Shown: positions 51,750 to 58,300 of the stretch, piece after piece
Layout: each line of letters begins with the position of its first letter
Position numbering within the stretch: the first letter of the stretch is position 1
DNA from: an uncultured Bacillus sp.
GTDB taxonomy: Bacteria > Bacillota > Bacilli > Bacillales > Cytobacillaceae
DNA: 58,300 nt
Direction of reading: 5' to 3'
NCBI GenBank assembly: GCA_937894355.1
Contig: CALCRD010000147.1
Location: 1-58,300, forward strand
Notes under the pieces: generated by a model
What the model was told of the DNA's origin: nothing
The model's database searches: none
What the model saw: the letters and a program-made list of their open reading frames with translations, nothing else
Position numbers and translations under genes: made by a program

Positions 51750-51845
51750 TGGTATGTATTTTAACTCCACAATGAGCCCCGGAAGAGCAATTTGTGTCAA
51801 AATATATATGGACAATATCTTTATTTAGATTATTTAGGAGGGAAA
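51750..51845 (+). ncRNA. L13 leader
   Basis: CCAC..AGCCCCGGAA motif upstream of rplM, typical of the Firmicute L13 leader. Confidence 0.65.
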
Positions 51846-51848
51846 TTC

Positions 51849-52286
51849 ATGCGTACAACGTTTATGGCTAATTCAAACAATATTGAACGTAAATGGTACG
51901 TAGTTGATGCAGAAGGACAGACTCTAGGTCGTCTTGCTACTGAAGTTGCATCAATTCTACGTGGTAAAAATAAACCAACTTTCACACCCCATGTTGATAC
52001 TGGTGATCATGTTATCATCATTAATGCTTCTAAGATTGAGTTAACTGGGAAAAAGTTAACTGATAAAATTTACTACCGTCACACTAACCACCCAGGTGGA
52101 TTGAAACAAAGAACAGCGCTTGAAATGCGCACAAACTACCCTGAGAAAATGTTAGAGCTTGCTATCAAAGGTATGCTTCCTAAGAACTCTCTTGGTCGTC
52201 AAACGTTCAAAAAATTACACGTTTATGCTGGCCCAGAACATGAGCAGCAAGCACAAAAACCAGAAGTTTACACACTTCGCGGATAA
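51849..52286 (+). CDS. rplM: 50S ribosomal protein L13
   Basis: [21 protein letters not shown]. Confidence 0.99.
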   Translation: MRTTFMANSNNIERKWYVVDAEGQTLGRLATEVASILRGKNKPTFTPHVDTGDHVIIINASKIELTGKKLTDKIYYRHTNHPGGLKQRTALEMRTNYPEKMLELAIKGMLPKNSLGRQTFKKLHVYAGPEHEQQAQKPEVYTLRG

Positions 52287-52307
52287 TTTTAAGAGGAGGT
52301 TATTAAC

Positions 52308-52700
52308 TTGGCACAAGTTCAATATATTGGTACTGGTCGTCGTAAAAGCTCCGTTGCACGTGTACGTTTAGTTCCAGGTAACGGAAATATCACGGTTAAC
52401 GATCGTGAAATCACAAACTATATCCCATTTGAAGCATTACGTGAAGTGGTTAAACAACCACTAGTAGCTACTGAAACTCTTGGCAGCTATGATATTCTTG
52501 TAAATGTTAAAGGTGGAGGTTACACTGGACAAGCTGGCGCAATCCGTCACGGTATCGCTCGTGCGTTACTTCAAGCTGATCCAGAATTCCGTCCAACTTT
52601 AAAACGTGCAGGATTATTAACTCGTGATGCACGTATGAAAGAACGTAAAAAATACGGACTTAAAGGTGCTCGTAAAGCTCCTCAGTTCTCAAAACGTTAA
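52308..52700 (+). CDS. rpsI: 30S ribosomal protein S9
   Basis: [23 protein letters not shown]; TTG start. Confidence 0.99.
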   Translation: MAQVQYIGTGRRKSSVARVRLVPGNGNITVNDREITNYIPFEALREVVKQPLVATETLGSYDILVNVKGGGYTGQAGAIRHGIARALLQADPEFRPTLKRAGLLTRDARMKERKKYGLKGARKAPQFSKR

Positions 52701-52716
52701 TACTTTGCTTAAAATC

Positions 52717-52745
52717 AAACTCCAGCCTTGTGCTGGAGTTTTTTT
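52717..52745 (+). terminator. Intrinsic terminator after rpsI
   Basis: AAACTCCAGC-CTTGT-GCTGGAGTTT plus T run. Confidence 0.9.
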
Positions 52746-52851
52746 GTACAATCCATAATTAACCAATAAAATTGGAAATGGAAAGCAGTAGGAATATTGT
52801 ATTTCTCCCGTTAGAAGGTATAACAATACCTTTAAAGGGGTGCAAAAAAGA

Positions 52852-53295
52852 ATGAACGTAATAACGACCTTTGTAGATAAAAAGCGGGAAAAGCAAATGA
52901 AATATGAACGTAATTTGTTGCGGGATTTATCGATTCAAATGCTAAAAAAAAGTGTGCAAAAGCATTTTGGATCATCAAGATTAACGGAAAACTTAGTGAT
53001 GAAAACAGGAATCGAAGAAGCCTGTTATGATATCGCCATTGAGGCTTATTTGTTAGGAGCAAGAATGAGTAGATTTGGATTTTTAGGGGAAACAGTTAAC
53101 AGTGTTCAAATGCGTTGTGAACAGGAAATGAAGCACTTATCAGATACCTTTTACAATTTCTTATTGTATTGGGGACATGGCGATGAAGGAACGCTTAGTG
53201 AATCACTGGTATATATGTGTGAGCAGTTCGTAAACTCGTGGTGGTCTGAAGGATATCATAAAGGGGAAATGCGACATAAACTTCGCTTGCATTAG
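52852..53295 (+). CDS. ybaK: YbaK-like (DUF2521-type) protein
   Basis: N-terminus VITTF..KKREKQ.KYER, DIAIEAYLLG, C-terminal KLRLH; position before cwlD. Confidence 0.8.
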   Translation: MNVITTFVDKKREKQMKYERNLLRDLSIQMLKKSVQKHFGSSRLTENLVMKTGIEEACYDIAIEAYLLGARMSRFGFLGETVNSVQMRCEQEMKHLSDTFYNFLLYWGHGDEGTLSESLVYMCEQFVNSWWSEGYHKGEMRHKLRLH

Positions 53296-53346
53296 TTAGT
53301 AATCAAAATCAGGATAAAGCCTGTCGTCTATCCTCTGATAAGTACG

Positions 53347-53375
53347 TTCTAAAACCCTCAAATGCTCCATATAGT
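53347..53375 (+). promoter_or_regulatory. SigE-like promoter for cwlD
   Basis: TTCTAAA, 14 bp, CATATAGT. Confidence 0.55.
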
Positions 53376-53415
53376 AGACTGTATAGGACGAGCAGGAGGG
53401 GGAGTTGCGTAACAA

Positions 53416-54135
53416 ATGATCAAAAAATTAAAGGTGGGTGGATTTGCCTTAGGGCTGATTATCTTATTTTTTATTTTACAATACGACTTTACTGATGATA
53501 ATTCATCATTATCATGGAGTCTCCCCTTAAGTGGTCAAATTATCTTAATTGACCCTGGTCATGGTGGTCCAGATGGGGGAGCAGGGCAAAATCCTACTTT
53601 AGAGAAAGATATTGCTCTAGACGTATCATTGAAGGTCAGAGACTTACTTCAAGGACAAGGGGCTCTCGTTATCTTGACCCGTGACAGCGACGTAGATTTA
53701 GCTGATCCGAGTACGGATGGCTATAGCCGGCGCAAACGGGAGGACTTAAAAAAAAGAGTGAACATGATAAATAATTCAGAGGCTGGTTTTTTTGTCAGCA
53801 TCCATTTGAATTCAATCCCTTCATCCCGTTGGAGTGGTGCGCAAACGTTTTATGCTACACGATTCAAGGAAAATGCCAGGGCTGCAAAATTTATTCAAGC
53901 AGAGCTGCGGAGAAATTTAGAAAACACAGACCGAGTAGCTAAGCCGATTAACCAAGTTTATATCCTTAAAAATGCTAAAAAGCCTGGGGCATTGGTTGAA
54001 ATTGGATTTTTATCAAACCCTACTGAAAAAGGCAATTTAAAAAAGCAGGATTACCAACAAAAGGTTGCTGCTTCTATCTACGAGGGCATTTTACGCTATT
54101 ATACGACTGAAAAAGAACTAAAAGAATCATACTAA
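53416..54135 (+). CDS. cwlD: Spore cortex N-acetylmuramoyl-L-alanine amidase CwlD
   Basis: N-terminal anchor; DPGHGGPDGGA, SIHLN, LVEIGFLSN (Amidase_3); synteny. Confidence 0.95.
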   Translation: MIKKLKVGGFALGLIILFFILQYDFTDDNSSLSWSLPLSGQIILIDPGHGGPDGGAGQNPTLEKDIALDVSLKVRDLLQGQGALVILTRDSDVDLADPSTDGYSRRKREDLKKRVNMINNSEAGFFVSIHLNSIPSSRWSGAQTFYATRFKENARAAKFIQAELRRNLENTDRVAKPINQVYILKNAKKPGALVEIGFLSNPTEKGNLKKQDYQQKVAASIYEGILRYYTTEKELKESY

Positions 54136-54285
54136 ACAAAAAGAAGGTGTCGAAGCCTTCTCTTTTTATTTATGGGTTGATTTTACTGTATAGACATATT
54201 GTTAAAGTGTGATTAACTTAACTTTAAATTTTAGTGATTATGGTATACTATGAAGGGAAATAAATACTTAAGGTGGGTGTTATCA

Positions 54286-55341
54286 TTGGTATCAGAGGCA
54301 AGAGTATTAGAGCTATTAAGCGGATTAAAGGAACCTTTTTTACATAAAACACTAGAGGAAGTTAATGCAATTCAAGAAATAAAGATAAATGAAGAGAAGG
54401 GCCATGTAAGTGTTAAGGTTGCTATTGCTAAAACGGGCACTTCTGAACAATTGCAGCTTCAATCAGAGATTGTCTCAGTCTTAAAGCAAGAGGGAGCAAA
54501 TACAGTTGGATTACGCTTTAGTGAACTCCCAGCCGAAACATTAGAGAAATTCCGTTCAGAAATTCAAAGTGAAGGTGATGGCTTACTGTCCCCTGGTAGT
54601 AAAACAACCTTTATTGCCATTGCCAGCGGAAAAGGCGGAGTGGGTAAATCAACAGTTTCTGTTAACCTTGCTGTATCATTAGCACGCTTAGGGAAAAAGG
54701 TTGGCTTGGTCGATGCTGACATTTACGGATTTAGTGTTCCAGATATGATGGGGATTACTACGCGACCAGTCGTACAGAATGAAAAGGTTATTCCGGTTGA
54801 ACGGTTTGGTGTACAGGTTATCTCAATGGGATTCTTTGTAGAAGATAATGCGCCAATCATTTGGCGAGGTCCAATGCTTGGGAAAATGCTAAATAGCTTT
54901 TTTAGTGATCTAAAGTGGGATGATTTAGATTACTTACTTCTTGATTTGCCACCAGGAACAGGAGATGTTGCATTAGATGTTCATCAAATGCTTCCAGCTT
55001 GTAAAGAAATCATTGTCACTACACCACATCCAACTGCTGCCTTCGTTGCGGCTCGTGCAGGGGCAATGGCTATAAAAACTGACCATGAAGTCATTGGTGT
55101 AATTGAAAATATGAGTTATTTTGAAAGCAAATTAACCGGAGAAAAGGAATTCATATTTGGACAAGGTGGGGGAGAAAAGTTAGCTGAAGAGCTACAGACT
55201 AGCCTGTTAGGCCAATTACCTCTGTCACAACCCGATTGGAACGATGAAGACTTTGCTCCTTCTGTCTATCAAGTGGATCATCCGCTAGGTAAAATATATT
55301 TGGATATTGCTCAAAAAATCAGCACAAAACTAGAGAAATAA
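54286..55341 (+). CDS. salA: Mrp/NBP35-family P-loop ATPase (SalA/YbaL)
   Basis: SGKGGVGKST, DADIYG, WRGPMLGK, DLPPGTGD; TTG 54286 preferred because ATG 54250 abuts a TGnTATACT -10 box. Confidence 0.9.
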   Translation: MVSEARVLELLSGLKEPFLHKTLEEVNAIQEIKINEEKGHVSVKVAIAKTGTSEQLQLQSEIVSVLKQEGANTVGLRFSELPAETLEKFRSEIQSEGDGLLSPGSKTTFIAIASGKGGVGKSTVSVNLAVSLARLGKKVGLVDADIYGFSVPDMMGITTRPVVQNEKVIPVERFGVQVISMGFFVEDNAPIIWRGPMLGKMLNSFFSDLKWDDLDYLLLDLPPGTGDVALDVHQMLPACKEIIVTTPHPTAAFVAARAGAMAIKTDHEVIGVIENMSYFESKLTGEKEFIFGQGGGEKLAEELQTSLLGQLPLSQPDWNDEDFAPSVYQVDHPLGKIYLDIAQKISTKLEK

Positions 55342-55350
55342 AGACACAAG

Positions 55351-55376
55351 AAAAACCTCCTGTTAGGAGGTTTTTT
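55351..55376. terminator. Bidirectional terminator between salA and gerD
   Basis: AAAAACCTCCT-GTT-AGGAGGTTTTT between convergent genes. Confidence 0.88.
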
Positions 55377-55409
55377 GTTTTTCTAAAGAGACATTAGGTC
55401 AAAGGAATA

Positions 55410-56012
55410 TTATTCTTCTTCACTACCGCCATCGCCACCGCCACCGCCACCGGTGCTTTCTTTACCACTTTTTACTTCACCGGCCGCTTTGATCAACAAG
55501 TCCTGGATTTTCGCTTTAAAAAGCGGGCTTTCAAAGGTTTCACTGATAATCTTTTGGAGATGCTCACGATATTCTGTGCTTTTTAAAGTATCTTGAACCT
55601 CTTTTTGTAGTTCAGGGTCTTTCATTAATTCAATCATTTTCCCTCTGTATTCAGGATCATTCATTAAACTTTTCATTAGGTTTTTGTTCTCTTCTTCCAT
55701 ACTTTTAGCAACGCCCTTAGCGAACTTTGGATCTTCGAAGGATTTTTTCCAAAATTCTTTTCCTTTATCAGATGTAAGAGCTTGTTCAATCGTTTCCTTA
55801 ACGATTGTTTGATCCATGATTAACTGTTCCCTCAATTTCTTGTCGGACATGACTTCTTGAATGGCCTTCTTTCCATCATCGGTTTTTAATATGTCGACAA
55901 TCATTTTTTTGGTCTCATCATAGTCAATCTGGGTGTCTGCAGCGGCTTCAGAACAACCTGAAATAATAAACAATAGGTAAAATGGAAGGAGAAGCTTTGA
56001 GTATTTAATCAT
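55410..56012 (-). CDS. gerD: Spore germination lipoprotein GerD
   Basis: Lipobox ISGC; DYDETKKMIVDILKTDDGKKAI; Gly-rich tail; synteny. Confidence 0.95.
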   Translation of the reverse strand: MIKYSKLLLPFYLLFIISGCSEAAADTQIDYDETKKMIVDILKTDDGKKAIQEVMSDKKLREQLIMDQTIVKETIEQALTSDKGKEFWKKSFEDPKFAKGVAKSMEEENKNLMKSLMNDPEYRGKMIELMKDPELQKEVQDTLKSTEYREHLQKIISETFESPLFKAKIQDLLIKAAGEVKSGKESTGGGGGGDGGSEEE

Positions 56013-56045
56013 GAAAAGCTCCTTTCACATAGTATTTCTTACCTT

Positions 56046-56075
56046 TAGAATGAGAAAATTGCACAAAATTTATTC
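56046..56075 (-). promoter_or_regulatory. SigG-like promoter for gerD
   Basis: Minus strand GAATA, 18 bp, CATTCTA. Confidence 0.65.
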
Positions 56076-56205
56076 ATTTATAATGTGAATTCCTAGATTT
56101 TTCAAAAATGGGTTGGTACAATCAAGAAAGAAGAGAATTGTCGAAAAAAAAGAGGAAAAATTTCTTTGTAATAAAAATTTACTTATTAAATTTGGGGGAA
56201 AAACT

Positions 56206-56880
56206 GTGACAAGCCGTAATTGGGTAAAATTATTTCTTACGACCTTACTAATAGGTGCAATAACTTCAGGGATTGTAGGCTTTATCATTCGCTGGGAAGA
56301 ATTCGAGCCGCTATTTACAAATCTTGATATAGTTGGAATCTTTACAACGCTGTTTTGGTTAATGGGAATGGGATTACTGTTCAGCGTTATTAGTCAAATG
56401 GGTTTCTTTGCTTACTTAACCGTTCATCGGTTTGGGTTGGGTATTTTTAAATCCGCAACCCTTTGGAAATGGGTACAAATCTTTTTAATTGGCTTCGTGC
56501 TGTTTGACTTAGTTTATTTCCGTTATTCGGTTTTTGCGAAAACAGGAGACAGCTTAGTTCCGTATTTTGTTCCAGCTATCGGAATTTTCTTATTTGGATT
56601 AATCGTAGCTTGGCAAAAAACAAAGCAAACGAATAAAGAAGCATTTGTTCCAGCTGTATTCTTTATGGTGGTAATTTCGGTTGTAGAATGGATGCCGGTA
56701 GTTCGTGTCAATAATCAAAGTTGGTTATATTTTATGCTTATCCCATTGCTGGTATGTAATACCTATCAGTTGTTAACGCTTCATAAGCTAAATGAAAGTT
56801 CTGAGCAACGTCGTAAAGATATAGAAGCTCAAAAAAAGCTAAAGCCAAAAAATCAAAAAAAATCAAAATCAAAGGCCTGA
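56206..56880 (+). CDS. kbaA: KinB-signalling pathway activation protein KbaA
   Basis: TSRNWVKLF, SVISQMGFFAYLTVHRFGLG; multi-TM; GTG start after GGGGG. Confidence 0.93.
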   Translation: MTSRNWVKLFLTTLLIGAITSGIVGFIIRWEEFEPLFTNLDIVGIFTTLFWLMGMGLLFSVISQMGFFAYLTVHRFGLGIFKSATLWKWVQIFLIGFVLFDLVYFRYSVFAKTGDSLVPYFVPAIGIFLFGLIVAWQKTKQTNKEAFVPAVFFMVVISVVEWMPVVRVNNQSWLYFMLIPLLVCNTYQLLTLHKLNESSEQRRKDIEAQKKLKPKNQKKSKSKA

Positions 56881-56947
56881 TACACCTTGACTCATTCGAT
56901 GAAGCTAAACTGCTTCATTGAATGAGTTAGGGCTCAGGCCTTTTTTT
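56871..56947. terminator. Long hairpin / bidirectional terminator between kbaA and pdaB
   Basis: AAAGGCCTGA/TCAGGCCTTT outer stem plus ~21-bp inner stem; T7 tail. Confidence 0.75.
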
Positions 56948-56958
56948 ATATTAATAAA

Positions 56959-57711
56959 TTAATTAATTTCCGATGATTGTGCATTACCATTTGCAATCAT
57001 TTCAGAAATTGAAACGAATTTTAGTTCTTTGCTTCTAAGTTCTTGGATAACAAGTGGTAGTGCTTTAGCAGTTTGTTTTGCTGAGTCTGAAGCGTGTAAC
57101 AGGATGATATCACCTTTTTTTGCTTTGGAAACGTTCCTTTTAATTTCTTCCACACCGGGATTTGTCCAATCTTTTGAATCAATACTCCAGTGAACAATCA
57201 TAAAACCGTAACGATCAGCAAGCTTAATGGTCCTCTGATCAAAATGGCCAGTAGGAGCTCTTACTAATTCAATGTTTTTTACATTTAGTTTTTTAAAAGC
57301 CTCTTGTGCCAATACTAAATCCTTTCTAATCTTTTCATCCTCTATTTCAGAATAATCTTGGTAAGAATATCCCAACATACCAATTTCGAACCCTTCCTTA
57401 ACAATCCTTTCGACAATTTCAGGATGTCGTTCGGCCCAAGAACCTGACAGAAAGAAAGTAGCTGCCTTAACGTTTTCTCTTTTCAGTATATCTATTATAG
57501 GACCTGCTTTTTCATCACCCCAACCAATATTAAATGATAGAGCAACATCTTTTTCACCTTTGTAGATTGCTTTTGGACCATCTTTTGCTGTAAAAGCAGG
57601 GAGATGGAGAACGTTTTCTAAATACATAAAAAAGGCGGTAAAGAAAGCTGCGATAAATATTAATAAAATATGCTTTACTGTCTTTCCGTTCCAAATAACA
57701 AAGAAATTCAT
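56959..57711 (-). CDS. pdaB: Sporulation polysaccharide deacetylase PdaB
   Basis: NodB fold: ATFFLSGSWAERHP, RAPTG, WSIDSKDW, GDIILLHASD; synteny. Confidence 0.93.
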   Translation of the reverse strand: MNFFVIWNGKTVKHILLIFIAAFFTAFFMYLENVLHLPAFTAKDGPKAIYKGEKDVALSFNIGWGDEKAGPIIDILKRENVKAATFFLSGSWAERHPEIVERIVKEGFEIGMLGYSYQDYSEIEDEKIRKDLVLAQEAFKKLNVKNIELVRAPTGHFDQRTIKLADRYGFMIVHWSIDSKDWTNPGVEEIKRNVSKAKKGDIILLHASDSAKQTAKALPLVIQELRSKELKFVSISEMIANGNAQSSEIN

Positions 57712-57745
57712 TTTTTCTCACCTCGTCCTATACTCTCCTGTCATC

Positions 57746-57773
57746 ATCCTATGCGGTTGTTTTTCCGATATGC
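57746..57773 (-). promoter_or_regulatory. SigE-like promoter for pdaB
   Basis: Minus strand GCATATC, 13 bp, CATAGGAT. Confidence 0.6.
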
Positions 57774-57846
57774 ATAATTCTTATTATAAAAATTCCATTA
57801 TTGGAAAACACTACAAAAAACATATTAAATATTTAGGGGTGTAAAT

Positions 57847-58092
57847 ATGCTAGGGTTTTTAATCAACGGAGAAGAAGAAAATGAAATTAGATATTTAATT
57901 AAACGAGAAATGGATGAGATATTATTTGATTTAAAGGATGAGCGAATTGAAAATATTGTTAAAAGGGCAATGGAGGAAAGATACAAAATTCTATTTGCTT
58001 TGTTTAAAAGACTAGCTTCACCTTCAGAATGCTTTAGATATTTACCAGGGAAAAAAAAGAGTGTAACTAAAAAGGGACAAACATTAATATAA
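57847..58092 (+). CDS. Hypothetical protein, 81 aa
   Basis: AGGGGTG RBS, ATG start, charged helical composition; no family recognised. Confidence 0.75.
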   Translation: MLGFLINGEEENEIRYLIKREMDEILFDLKDERIENIVKRAMEERYKILFALFKRLASPSECFRYLPGKKKSVTKKGQTLI

Positions 58093-58106
58093 AAAGCAAA
58101 AAAGTG

Positions 58107-58221
58107 TTGACTATATTCGAAAACCTTGTTATATTAATAACCGTCGCTGCGAACGAAGCAAATTGCTCTCTATCGTAGCTGAAAAAAAGATATTGACACA
58201 ATCAATACCATGTGTTATATT
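58107..58221 (+). promoter_or_regulatory. Tandem rRNA operon promoters P1 and P2
   Basis: TTGACT-17-TATATT (58107-58135) and TTGACA-17-TATATT (58193-58221), each with A-tract UP element and downstream GTCGC. Confidence 0.85.
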
Positions 58222-58254
58222 AATAAAGTCGCTTCAATGAGATATAAACAAAAT

Positions 58255-58267
58255 TGCTCTTTGAAAA
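58255..58267 (+). promoter_or_regulatory. rrn leader boxA antitermination element
   Basis: TGCTCTTTGAAAA downstream of P2. Confidence 0.85.
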
Positions 58268-58300
58268 CTAAACAAACAAACGTCAACAATATTATTTTTT

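Noticed and set aside
55425-55455. CCGCCA-type tandem repeat
   Set aside because: Encodes the Gly-rich tail of GerD; ordinary low-complexity coding sequence

Overview
Core-genome segment of a low-GC, spore-forming Bacillaceae chromosome lying between two rRNA operons: it opens in the 3' part of a 5S rRNA gene and ends at the tandem P1/P2 promoters and boxA of the next rrn operon. Gene order follows the B. subtilis-type origin-proximal cluster: ctsR-mcsA-mcsB-clpC-radA, yacL-ispD-ispF, gltX-[Cys T-box]-cysE-cysS-mrnC-rlmB-rae1-sigH, rpmG-secE-nusG-rplKA-rplJL-ybxB-rpoBC, ybxF-rpsLG-fusA-tuf, the S10/spc/alpha ribosomal protein operons, ecfA1A2T-truA, rplM-rpsI, then ybaK-cwlD-mrp/salA-gerD-kbaA-pdaB and an 81-aa unknown ORF. 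rpmG and rpmJ are missing from the ORF track and were read by hand; several start codons were reassigned from RBS position. I found no prophage, IS transposase, CRISPR array or defence system, and no novel protein-coding system that I can support. The best leads are non-coding or vestigial: a ~340-nt multi-helix element between rplQ and ecfA1, two copies (one internally deleted) of a palindromic interspersed repeat, a probable decayed ybzG remnant between map and infA, absence of disA after radA, a 12-bp motif shared by the cwlD and pdaB leaders, and a terminator-like hairpin just upstream of nusG. All homology calls are from recognition of sequence and synteny, not from database searches.
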